Shown one piece after another: positions 29,780 to 38,638 of a stretch of 64,000 nucleotides of DNA (position 1 is its first letter; every line of letters begins with the position of its first letter). The stretch is from the IMG/VR virus record IMGVR_UViG_3300042561_000621; one strand, written 5' to 3'. Below the pieces are notes generated by a model. That model saw only the letters and a program-made list of their open reading frames with translations. It did no database searches and was not told the origin of the DNA. The position numbers and the translations under genes were made by a program. The stretch comes from a virus. Its lineage: Duplodnaviria; Heunggongvirae; Uroviricota; Caudoviricetes.

Positions 29780-30177
29780 TTAACCTTTAAATTAACTCCT
29801 TTTTTAGCTATAGCCCTTTTATTATTATAACTATTACCTTTATGCACTGCATCTATTTCCAACTGTTCTAATAATAATAGCTTCTCCTTAGTAATACTTT
29901 TATCTGCTACTACAAGTACATTAAATGTAAAATTAACAAGGCCAAATTTATTAAAATCTTCTTGTAATCCTTTATTACTATGTTTGTTAAACATTAAATT
30001 AGTAATATGACTATTCCATCTAGCTGTTAAATTAGTTGAACTGCCAATATATTTTTTATTATTAGAAGTACAAGTAATGCAATATATACCAACTAACTTT
30101 AGTTTTCTATAAGAATAAGCTTTACTTTTAGATGTAGTATTATTAGAGCTTTTTTTAGTTTTAATATTTGTTGTCAT
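29776..30177 (-). CDS. small GIY-YIG endonuclease (133 aa)
   Basis: VGIYCITCTSNNKKYIGSSTNLTARWNSH. Confidence 0.65.
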   Translation of the reverse strand: MTTNIKTKKSSNNTTSKSKAYSYRKLKLVGIYCITCTSNNKKYIGSSTNLTARWNSHITNLMFNKHSNKGLQEDFNKFGLVNFTFNVLVVADKSITKEKLLLLEQLEIDAVHKGNSYNNKRAIAKKGVNLKVK

Positions 30178-30250
30178 AATCTATTCAGTTTATTTACTTT
30201 ATAAAAGTTATTATTAATGAATAGATTATAACATAAGAAAAAAGAGTGTT

Positions 30251-30556
30251 TTATTTTTTATTCTCAACTTTAACTGAAAGACAGTGCCAAGCCTTACTTT
30301 CACCTTCTACAGGAACTAGCATAACTTTTCTTTTTGTTTTTCCACTTTTCTCTGCTCTTCCATAGCAAGTATTTAATGCATCAGATCTTCTTTCAGTACG
30401 AATAATATCTCCTAAAAAAGATACATCTTGACGGCGTTGAGCAACCTTAATAATATCTGATTTGTAATTATTTGGCAATGTTAAATCTGTCATTGCTGCA
30501 ACAACAGGAACTTGAATTGAAAAAATTAATGTAATAATACTGATAAATGATTTCAT
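30251..30556 (-). CDS. small secreted protein (signal peptide MKSFISIITLIFSIQVPVVAA; two Cys)
   Basis: Internal Met gives a 101-aa product with an N-terminal signal peptide; the local GC content is visibly higher than in flanking DNA. Confidence 0.45.
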   Translation of the reverse strand: MKSFISIITLIFSIQVPVVAAMTDLTLPNNYKSDIIKVAQRRQDVSFLGDIIRTERRSDALNTCYGRAEKSGKTKRKVMLVPVEGESKAWHCLSVKVENKK

Positions 30557-30612
30557 AACTGTAATTGTGAATGTATTTATTAAAAGATTATATATGAAAT
30601 AAAAACATAACA

Positions 30613-30645
30613 TTGTTTATGTTTATGTTTATGTTTATGTTTATA
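30613..30645. repeat. (ATGTTT)5 hexanucleotide tandem repeat
   Basis: Read directly from sequence, upstream of gene 30251..30556. Confidence 0.8.
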
Positions 30646-30703
30646 TTATTTAAGTTTGTTTTATATATTTAATACAAATCACCATAAATAATATAAACTA
30701 TTG

Positions 30704-31237
30704 TTAAATTAGAGTTTTACTTACAGTTGCTAGTAACTTATTATCATATTGATTAGAATAAGTAAGTCTAAAGTAAGACATTATATCTTTAATATTAGTA
30801 AGTTTGTTACTATTAATAATATCTAACATTTGTTCCTTTGTTAACTGTTGAGGTAACAAACCTTCTAAGTACTCTAACTCTTTAACAAGTGATTCTAAGT
30901 TAGTGTTAGTAGGATTTAAACAAAGTATTTGTTCTAATGTTAATTGATCATATGTAATAGTTAAATTTGGTACTAATGTAGTACCAATATCCTTTTTATC
31001 ACTTTTACTAATAATTGTAATAGCTGCATTTCTAGCCACATTAAATCTTTTCTTAACAACATCTAAATATATATCTTTAGATAGTTGTAATACATCTAAT
31101 TGTTTCTCTTTAGATACAGCTTTTAAACTCTGTAAAAGACCTTGTTTAAACTCTAATAAATCATCGGAGTCTCTATTAAATCTACCTTGTTTAATTTGTT
31201 CTTGTAACTGTTGAATGTTTATATTATTTGTTGTCAT
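30704..31237 (-). CDS. hypothetical protein (177 aa)
   Basis: ORF. Confidence 0.45.
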   Translation of the reverse strand: MTTNNINIQQLQEQIKQGRFNRDSDDLLEFKQGLLQSLKAVSKEKQLDVLQLSKDIYLDVVKKRFNVARNAAITIISKSDKKDIGTTLVPNLTITYDQLTLEQILCLNPTNTNLESLVKELEYLEGLLPQQLTKEQMLDIINSNKLTNIKDIMSYFRLTYSNQYDNKLLATVSKTLI

Positions 31238-31353
31238 ATTATTTAATCAACTTATTTATCTAATTTAATACTTAGTAATAGTTGTTCTAGTTAAAAAAAA
31301 CAACAAATTAAAAGCATTTATATTTGTTATATCTTTACTTTTAATTTGTTGCA

Positions 31354-31599
31354 TTATTTTTTATCCCAATTGTTTTTGCTTTGTATATTACCAATGTTTT
31401 CTAGAAAATCTTCAGGTGAAAAAGTTTTAGATGATTCTTTTCTTTCATATTTTATAGTTTGCAAAGCAACAAATTCTACCGCCCACATTTCATCATTAGA
31501 GCAGTAAGTATTTATATCTTCTGAAGGTATAAAAACACCACAAATGATTAAATACTTACCTGATCTTCTAATAAGGGCTTTACCCTTAAACATTTCCAT
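31354..31599 (-). CDS. small protein overlapping the stop of the SPFH gene; possible NfeD-like partner
   Basis: The 1-nt stop/start overlap with the SPFH gene mirrors bacterial stomatin-NfeD pairing; no strong motif. Confidence 0.3.
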   Translation of the reverse strand: MEMFKGKALIRRSGKYLIICGVFIPSEDINTYCSNDEMWAVEFVALQTIKYERKESSKTFSPEDFLENIGNIQSKNNWDKK

Positions 31600-32387
31600 T
31601 ATTGTTTGTTAGTATTAACAATAACAGGTGTTGAGCCTCCAGTAGAACCTCCAACTGTAAATACAGAACTATTACCATTCCACTTCTTAATAGCAGCATC
31701 TTGAAGCAGTACAGGTGTTAATGATTGACTGATAATACTATTATTCTTAGCAATTGTATTAGCAGTTTCTAGATCAATCTTAGCCTGTTCTTGTCTTTGA
31801 ATAGCAATAGCCTTTAATTCAATTGCTTGTTGTACTTCAGGATCTAATACAAGACCAGTTACTACAAAGTTTTGTAGAATTACAACAGATTGAGCTTTTA
31901 AACTACTATTAATACCTTCTTCAATTTCATCTGCAATTGCAGCTTGATTAGCAATAATATGACTAATAGGGTACTTAGCAATAACTTGTTTAACTACTGC
32001 TAATAAAGTAGGTTGTAATGCTACATTTTTAATAATCTCACTATCTTTATCTTTATCACCTGATAGAATAACCAGTTTTGCAGTTTGAGCAGCATGTAGA
32101 CCATTAATATTGTAATTAGCAGTAGCTGTAATTGTAACTTGTTGACCGTCTGATGTTAGAGATGTAAACTTCTCTGGCACTGATTTAGTACTAACATCCA
32201 ATTGTTTAGTAGATGTAATAAATGGTGTAACTAAATTCAAACCAGGAGTAAGAATTTGTTGTTGTGCTTCACCAAATCTATATACAGCATGTACAGTGCC
32301 TTCTTGAACTGGTACAATAGATCCAAAAGCTACTGATGTAATAATAGTAATTACAGTAATACCACTAATAAGTTGAATAAGATTCAT
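31599..32387 (-). CDS. SPFH / band-7 (stomatin/prohibitin/HflK-C-like) membrane protein
   Basis: N-terminal TM helix, then VPVQEGTVHAVYRFGEAQQQILTPGLNLVTPFI (the SPFH core signature) and a coiled-coil C-terminus. Confidence 0.7.
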   Translation of the reverse strand: MNLIQLISGITVITIITSVAFGSIVPVQEGTVHAVYRFGEAQQQILTPGLNLVTPFITSTKQLDVSTKSVPEKFTSLTSDGQQVTITATANYNINGLHAAQTAKLVILSGDKDKDSEIIKNVALQPTLLAVVKQVIAKYPISHIIANQAAIADEIEEGINSSLKAQSVVILQNFVVTGLVLDPEVQQAIELKAIAIQRQEQAKIDLETANTIAKNNSIISQSLTPVLLQDAAIKKWNGNSSVFTVGGSTGGSTPVIVNTNKQ

Positions 32388-32431
32388 AGTTTTAATTCTT
32401 TATTTGTTTAATTTGTTGTTTGTTTTATTGT

Positions 32432-32797
32432 TTATAGATACTTAATAGCAAAGTAATTGATTAATAAATGTAAAATGTTATCAACTATAATCACTAACCA
32501 AACACTTAAAAATGGTGGTGTTTGTTCTGGATATAACTCTTGTAATGCTTGTGGATTAAAGCCACCAAACAAGTAGTTTTTCCATCTAGTAACATAAGTT
32601 GCTAGTCTAAACTCATCTATAATCACACGTGTAAATGCAATTACAAACAATGCATTAGGACTAGCAATTGTTATAAAGGGCAAACTATACATGATTCCAT
32701 GATAAACAGCCCATTTATTTGATGATGTTTTGTTGATAGCCATGTTATGACTTTGTAAGACATAATCACCAACAAGATGACATAATAGTTGTTCCAT
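32432..32797 (-). CDS. integral membrane protein (multi-TM)
   Basis: Hydrophobic segments [18 protein letters not shown] and [21 protein letters not shown]. Confidence 0.45.
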   Translation of the reverse strand: MEQLLCHLVGDYVLQSHNMAINKTSSNKWAVYHGIMYSLPFITIASPNALFVIAFTRVIIDEFRLATYVTRWKNYLFGGFNPQALQELYPEQTPPFLSVWLVIIVDNILHLLINYFAIKYL

Positions 32798-32800
32798 GTT

Positions 32801-33052
32801 TTAGTTCCAATTCTTTAATAGTTGATTAATAATATCTTTAAGTTTAATAACATCATCTTTAGAAAAGACTACATTTACTACTGTTGTAGAATTATCATTT
32901 CTATCTTCATCTATTACACTTAAGTGTCCTTTATTATCAATCTTTAGAAAATTAAAGCTGCTAGGCTCTATAATAAATTTAGAAAGGGTAGGAGTAACGA
33001 TTGTTGTAAACTGGTGCATAATATTAATCCTTAAATATATTGTTGTTTTCAA
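32801..33052 (-). CDS. hypothetical protein (83 aa)
   Basis: ORF. Confidence 0.35.
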   Translation of the reverse strand: MKTTIYLRINIMHQFTTIVTPTLSKFIIEPSSFNFLKIDNKGHLSVIDEDRNDNSTTVVNVVFSKDDVIKLKDIINQLLKNWN

Positions 33053-33257
33053 TCAACATAATTAAATAACTATAACTGTTATTATATTGTCCTTGTTTAT
33101 AAGAATACTTATCCAACAAAACTTGTTTATTAGTAATGTTATTCTTTGTAATAACTTCCTTTAAACAGGTAATAGTATCTTCAAAGATCCTTTTACTATG
33201 TTCTGAAGCACCTTCTAATTTAGCTGCTGGAAAGGCTACTTTACATATATCTAACAT
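33024..33257 (-). CDS. hypothetical protein (77 aa)
   Basis: ORF overlapping its neighbour by 29 nt. Confidence 0.3.
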   Translation of the reverse strand: MLDICKVAFPAAKLEGASEHSKRIFEDTITCLKEVITKNNITNKQVLLDKYSYKQGQYNNSYSYLIMLIENNNIFKD

Positions 33258-33280
33258 GTAACTAATCTTAGCTTCACAAT

Positions 33281-33607
33281 CTAACTTAGATAGTTTGCAA
33301 GTGTTATATGCAAAAGGAATAGTAATGTTACCAAAACAGTAATACTATCACTACCTGAACAATAGTTAACAATAACCTCTTGTCCTTGTTTATTCTTTGT
33401 TATAACAGGCACTTTATACAAATGACCCTTACCACATCCAAATAATTCTTTATCTTTAGTACTTACAAACTCTAAATTATAAGTTCTAATTTCAGTCTTA
33501 ATCTCTTTTAGTTGATTATTTGTTAAAGGACTAGTTAACATTGTAAATATAGAAGCAAATCCAAGATAAAAAACAACTACTAATAAAAAAATAGTAGGGC
33601 CAATCAT
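33281..33607 (-). CDS. small membrane or secreted protein
   Basis: N-terminal TM or signal sequence MIGPTIFLLVVVFYLGFASIFTML. Confidence 0.4.
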   Translation of the reverse strand: MIGPTIFLLVVVFYLGFASIFTMLTSPLTNNQLKEIKTEIRTYNLEFVSTKDKELFGCGKGHLYKVPVITKNKQGQEVIVNYCSGSDSITVLVTLLFLLHITLANYLS

Positions 33608-33653
33608 CCTTAAAAGTCTTAAACATATTAATTATTACTCTTTTTTATTACTA

Positions 33654-34115
33654 TTAATTATTACTATTTTTATAACTGTTAATTAATCTTAATACTCTGT
33701 CAGCTTTAGATAAATTAATTTGTTTATCATCTTCTGTTAGATCAGTATAATAAGCATTTGCTCTATACTGTTCATCCATTGTTAGTTCAACTTGAACAAT
33801 ATCATCAGCCCAAATATCATGCATTAAAGAAGCTAAACCCTCTCTAACCTCTTCTGCTTCGTAGTTACTCAAAGAAGCATTAACTGTTCTTAGAAGCTCA
33901 TTCTCTTTATTAAGCTTATAAGTTTCATACCACCAACCTGCTATCCAAGTAAGAATAATAAAACTATTTATAAGATAAGATAAAGCAACACCAAACAAAT
34001 CAAACCAAGTTAAAATAAGTACAATAATACTAATCCAATTATAATAACTACTAAAAGCAAATACTTCTAACAAGTTAATAACATACTTTTTAATCTTTCT
34101 AAACACATATGACAT
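33654..34115 (-). CDS. membrane protein (2 TM helices)
   Basis: Hydrophobic segments WISIIVLILTWFDLFGVALSYLINSFIILTWIAGWW. Confidence 0.4.
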   Translation of the reverse strand: MSYVFRKIKKYVINLLEVFAFSSYYNWISIIVLILTWFDLFGVALSYLINSFIILTWIAGWWYETYKLNKENELLRTVNASLSNYEAEEVREGLASLMHDIWADDIVQVELTMDEQYRANAYYTDLTEDDKQINLSKADRVLRLINSYKNSNN

Positions 34116-34140
34116 AATATTTTATTCCTTTATTTATTAA

Positions 34141-34674
34141 TTAATTTAAATTAAACTTATCTCTATAAAACTTAACTGCTTCTTGTCTACTATTAAACAA
34201 GTATATATCCTCACTATATGGAGGATAATCATAGAATGAAAAGGTTTTGTTAGTGGTCTTATTTAAAAAACTAACAAGGTTATAACTATAAATAAAGTAA
34301 AAGTTAAACTCTCTTCTTATACTTTTAATTACAACATTAATAGGTGGTAGATCTTTATAAATGGCCCAATATTCATCACCTTCTTTTAGGTCATTATATA
34401 TACTACTATTAGGAAATATATCTTTTACAACATCTTTATTATGTTCAAAAATGTTTTCAATTACTTGTTTAATTGTGTATTCATTAACTTCATCATCATC
34501 TTGACTAAAGTTATTTTTATCATCATCAATTAATACATTAAAGTCCGTAAACAGTAAGTCACTATAATAATATGTTGGTACTATATATTTAATTTTAATA
34601 TTTTCTAGTACAACTTTAACTACATCATCTGATAACTTAAGTTCTTCTTTTAAATACTTAATTAGCTTGTCCAT
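34141..34674 (-). CDS. hypothetical protein (177 aa)
   Basis: ORF. Confidence 0.4.
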   Translation of the reverse strand: MDKLIKYLKEELKLSDDVVKVVLENIKIKYIVPTYYYSDLLFTDFNVLIDDDKNNFSQDDDEVNEYTIKQVIENIFEHNKDVVKDIFPNSSIYNDLKEGDEYWAIYKDLPPINVVIKSIRREFNFYFIYSYNLVSFLNKTTNKTFSFYDYPPYSEDIYLFNSRQEAVKFYRDKFNLN

Positions 34675-35185
34675 TTTGTTCTATTTTTATATAAGTTAAA
34701 GCTTCATCTTTAGTTTCAAAGAATTTATCTAAATACTGACCACCAAACTTTAAAAAGTTTTTATCATTATTAAACATTTGATTTATAGATCTTGCATTAA
34801 CTTGATAATGTACATGTTCAGTTAATATATAATCATATTCTTTATCACAAACTGATTCTAAATATTTATATATTCTAGTAACATTTATGTTAAATAGTTT
34901 ATTATATTTAACTTGATAATATGTTTTACCTTCTTCAAAGAACTTATAAATTCTATTATCAATGTGTTTAACTTTATCTAAATTAGCAACTATAATGTTA
35001 TCTATAAGCTGTCTTATATGATCATTAGAATAGTTTAATTCATCTTCAGTATAAGCATAATCAGAGTACTTAGATTGCAACTTATAAATAGTAACAGGCA
35101 CTACTTGTAGATTACTTTTAACTAGATCTAATACACTAGGATTTATATCTTGTAGCTCTAATAACTCATTAATATTAATAGTCAT
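34658..35185 (-). CDS. hypothetical protein (175 aa)
   Basis: ORF. Confidence 0.4.
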   Translation of the reverse strand: MTININELLELQDINPSVLDLVKSNLQVVPVTIYKLQSKYSDYAYTEDELNYSNDHIRQLIDNIIVANLDKVKHIDNRIYKFFEEGKTYYQVKYNKLFNINVTRIYKYLESVCDKEYDYILTEHVHYQVNARSINQMFNNDKNFLKFGGQYLDKFFETKDEALTYIKIEQNGQAN

Positions 35186-35760
35186 AAGTTAAAGGTGTCC
35201 CCTTGTGTAATAACACCCTGTAAGATGTTAGTAATAACATCACTACTAAAGTTTATAATATTACTTAGTTGATTCTGTTCAAACTCTGTAAAATTTGATA
35301 AAACCCAATCTAATATAGTACTATTAACAGGCTGTCCAATACCAATCTTAAATCTAATAAACTCTTCTGTTTGTAACTCTTTAATAATACTTTTAACACC
35401 ATTATGACCTCCAGCAGAGCCACCTTCTCTTAATCTAATAGTGCCAAATGGTAAGTTTATATCATCATGTATAATAAGTACCTGTGAAGGCTGTAAACAC
35501 ATCTCTTCCATTGTATTTCTAACAGATAAGCCGCTATCATTCATACCTCCTATAGAGGGTTTTAAAAGAGCTACTAATTGTTTTTTACCAATATATAAAG
35601 GACCTCTATAAATACTATTACAATAAGTTTCACTTGATATTACTCCGTATTCTTTTATTAAGTTATCAATAACTCTATAACCAATATTATGTCTAGTCTT
35701 AGAATAATTTAAACCTCTATTGCCTAACCCAACTACAAGTTTTATATTACTAATTGTCAT
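35182..35760 (-). CDS. pth: peptidyl-tRNA hydrolase (bacterial Pth type)
   Basis: LVVGLGNRG..YSKTRHNIGY and HDDINLPFGTIRLREGGSAGGHNGVKS match the Pth catalytic His/Asp signatures. Confidence 0.8.
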   Translation of the reverse strand: MTISNIKLVVGLGNRGLNYSKTRHNIGYRVIDNLIKEYGVISSETYCNSIYRGPLYIGKKQLVALLKPSIGGMNDSGLSVRNTMEEMCLQPSQVLIIHDDINLPFGTIRLREGGSAGGHNGVKSIIKELQTEEFIRFKIGIGQPVNSTILDWVLSNFTEFEQNQLSNIINFSSDVITNILQGVITQGDTFNL

Positions 35761-36220
35761 TATTATTCTTTAACCAAGTATCAATAACATGTTTAGCTGT
35801 ATTAACTGTTGCATAAATACTAGCTGCATCATACCAAACTATATGTTTATCATCTACATCTTTATGCTCACCAACTAAGTATTGATCATTCTTACATTGC
35901 TTAATATAGCCTTTATCAATGACAAGACTATCAGTAACATTTATACCAACTGAATGACCATTAGTTTCAATTACATATACAAATTGATTATAATCAAAAG
36001 GCCCAATCTTAGGAGGATATAATAGATTAATTAAATCTTCCTTAGTCTTTGCTATAACAGTACTAGAAGACCAAATAGAAATGTTTTTATAATCTATAAA
36101 GTATCTAAACTCAATACAGGATTCTTGTTTAATATTTAAAATAGTATTAAGTCTAATCTTATTATGTCTAGAATCAAGCCACCATATCTCATCACCAACT
36201 TCAAACTTTGTTATTGTCAT
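35750..36220 (-). CDS. hypothetical protein (156 aa)
   Basis: ORF. Confidence 0.4.
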   Translation of the reverse strand: MTITKFEVGDEIWWLDSRHNKIRLNTILNIKQESCIEFRYFIDYKNISIWSSSTVIAKTKEDLINLLYPPKIGPFDYNQFVYVIETNGHSVGINVTDSLVIDKGYIKQCKNDQYLVGEHKDVDDKHIVWYDAASIYATVNTAKHVIDTWLKNNNDN

Positions 36221-36229
36221 ATTAACCTT

Positions 36230-36775
36230 TTAAGTCATTATTAAAGCTGTTTTATATTTGTTTAAAAGAGCTTCTTCTGTTACAAATAACTCTGCACCCT
36301 TAGCGGTACTAGGCTTAATACCATATATTGTAAGTCCTTCTTCATCATCCCAAGCTCTAGCAGAAAAGGTTAAATAGTTAAACCAAAACTCTTGATATCT
36401 TTTATATTCATCTTTTGTTAGATTATAAGTGTAATTAGTTTTAGTAATAGTAATCTTATAGTAAACATTAATACTACTAACATATAAATATCTAACACAA
36501 CCTTCTGTTAAATCAGGATATTGACAGGAATTAACAATAGTAATTTTATCTTTATTACAGCTTGCAATATGACTTAACAAGTCATTAAAGTTGGCCTCAT
36601 CATCATTAAATGTATTGTTAGTTTCTGTGTCCCATAAGACATAAGCATTACCATAGCTATAGTTAATAATATTCTGTTTACTTTCAACTAGTGTTGCTGC
36701 TAAATCAATTAGTTCTTTGTTATTACTTACTTTGTTTAGTTGATCTATAAGTATTTGTTGTGTGTTTTGTGTCAT
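36230..36775 (-). CDS. hypothetical protein (181 aa)
   Basis: ORF; first gene after a terminator. Confidence 0.4.
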   Translation of the reverse strand: MTQNTQQILIDQLNKVSNNKELIDLAATLVESKQNIINYSYGNAYVLWDTETNNTFNDDEANFNDLLSHIASCNKDKITIVNSCQYPDLTEGCVRYLYVSSINVYYKITITKTNYTYNLTKDEYKRYQEFWFNYLTFSARAWDDEEGLTIYGIKPSTAKGAELFVTEEALLNKYKTALIMT

Positions 36776-36812
36776 ATTGTTTTGTATATAAATACATTTA
36801 TAATAAAAACAA

Positions 36813-36845
36813 AAGGCGTTTTATATAATATAAAACGCCTTTTAT
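36813..36845. terminator. rho-independent terminator (GC-containing hairpin with T-runs on both sides)
   Basis: aaggcgtttta ... taaaacgcctt stem with flanking U-tracts. Confidence 0.65.
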
Positions 36846-36872
36846 TATTTACTATTTAGTTGTTATAAGAAC

Positions 36873-37190
36873 TTAGTCTTCATCTTCTAAGTAGTAATCA
36901 TCATCACTATCATAATATGAATAGTCTTCATCTTCTAAATCACCATCCCCATCATAATCACCTAATGAAGGAACATTATAACTCCTATAAAGCACTTTAT
37001 CAATTTCACCCTTATCATATGTATATTCTGATAAAGGAGTATAAGCACAAGTTCTAATTTTACTATTGTTATAGTCTCTAGGAATAGCAACAATGTCTGC
37101 TGGATCTACTTCACATAGTAGAATAGCATCATGTCCTGACACTGCTGAACCATAGTGAGGTAAGTATTGCCAACTGCAAACGTGTCAATT
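36873..37190 (-). CDS. 3' exon of split gene C (C-terminal acidic tail); function unknown
   Basis: The frame is open upstream of the annotated start (HVCSWQYLPHYGSAVSGHDAILLCEVDPADIV...) with no ATG, and the exon lies downstream of a LAGLIDADG-bearing intron. Confidence 0.45.
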
Positions 37191-38038
37191 TTTGTTATCT
37201 TAAGGGCTTTTTATCCCCTAATTCTAATCCTTTCGGTTTATAATGATTTAATAAATAATTATTATATTTTCTATTTATTGATAAACATTTACTGTAATAA
37301 ATTTCAGATAAGAATCTATTACCACTTACTTTTAAAGTTAATTTATAAGTGTTATTTTGTTTACTAATAGAAAAGCAGTTTCCATAATTATTTAATATAT
37401 ATTGGCTTAGTTGATTAATAAAAACTTCACTTGCTGATACTATGCAAGCTTGTCTACTTAAACAACCATCTCCATCCCAACAACCTCTTATTAAATCAAG
37501 CATATAAATACTATCTATATTAGGCAAACTAACAGTAAAAGATTTCTTCTGAGTAATTGAATATTTCTCTAAATCTTTAACCATTTGTTTACATCCAATA
37601 CATAACAAAACGTATTTATCTTCTATTACTTTAAGACAATAATTATCTACACCTAAATCTAAAAGAAATTTATCTAATATATCTTTATCTTTTATGTGTA
37701 GTTTTATATTTACTGTTTTGCCTCGATGGATATATCCATCACTTAAAATAAGTCCAAGAAAATAAGCTTTATTTGAAGAATCTATATTTTCAAAGTAATT
37801 TTTGGGCCAATTGTATTTAATCATTATATATTAGTTCAGACTATCTCTTCATCCTATTATACTATAGGATGTCCCTGCCTCGTGGATTTATTATATTCTG
37901 ATACTTCTATCAGGTTCAAAATCTAGTCGTTGCACCTGGTTAATATATTATTACTAACCTTCAGTTGCTGATTGCCATATACTATTATTAGTACTTAGGT
38001 TTCCAGTTTATTTCAGGGATTTATTACCTATTAATTAC
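37191..38038 (-). mobile_element. group I intron carrying a LAGLIDADG homing endonuclease gene (boundaries +/-20 nt)
   Basis: An S-like GAAGAGAUAGUCUGAAC and an R-like GCAACGACUAG element (minus-strand RNA) are present. It shares the sequence blocks tagtcgttgca and agttcagactat with the GH19 intron. The core is GC-richer than flanking DNA and has no ORF. Confidence 0.55.
37195..37824 (-). CDS. LAGLIDADG homing endonuclease (double-motif)
   Basis: AYFLGLILSDGYI and LIRGCWDGDGCLS. Confidence 0.75.
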   Translation of the reverse strand: MIKYNWPKNYFENIDSSNKAYFLGLILSDGYIHRGKTVNIKLHIKDKDILDKFLLDLGVDNYCLKVIEDKYVLLCIGCKQMVKDLEKYSITQKKSFTVSLPNIDSIYMLDLIRGCWDGDGCLSRQACIVSASEVFINQLSQYILNNYGNCFSISKQNNTYKLTLKVSGNRFLSEIYYSKCLSINRKYNNYLLNHYKPKGLELGDKKPLR

Positions 38039-38041
38039 TTA

Positions 38042-38638
38042 ATAGGAGGCCACTACATTTAGCCCATGACTACAAGTTTGATCAATATTATCATCAACAA
38101 AGTTCCTCTGTACCACTACAGGAACATTAAACATTTGTTTAAATGTCTTTGTATATAAATCAAGAAACACTTCTTTATCATCTGTTCTCTTTACAATCTT
38201 ATACATGATTAAGTTGCCCTTTTCATTGATAACAATGTTATTAGCTTCAATGAAGTCAAACAAGCATCTATTAACCCTATAAGAAGGATTAAGTCTAACC
38301 TTTTCCCAGAACTTAATTAAAGGTGTAATAGAAGACTCATCTTGTTCATACATTGCAATAAGTGTTTTGTTTAAAGATGGTGGTAATTGTTCTACTTGGC
38401 CCTCTTTATTAGTATATGTTACTAAACCTTCTCTAGTAATAGTAACACCTAACTTAGTACTAACTTGAGTTACAACATCAAATAGTTTAATAATAGCTTC
38501 TTCATCTTTATTTCTAATAAGTTCTAATACTTTATTATACTTATCTTCATTTGTATATTTATGTATTGTTACTGGTTTGCCCTTTACAATTATATTTAAT
38601 GTGTTATTTGTGCTATTTAAAATATAGTTAATTGTCAT
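38042..38638 (-). CDS. 5' exon of split gene C (200 aa); function unknown
   Basis: ATG at 38638 overlaps the stop of the upstream gene; the product ends ...QTCSHGLNVVASY at the intron boundary. Confidence 0.45.

Noticed and set aside
37905-37930. tRNA-like T-arm (caGGTTCAAAATCtag)
   Set aside because: No matching acceptor, D or anticodon arms around it, and it lies inside the group I intron core next to the R-like element. No convincing tRNA elsewhere in the intergenic regions was seen by eye.
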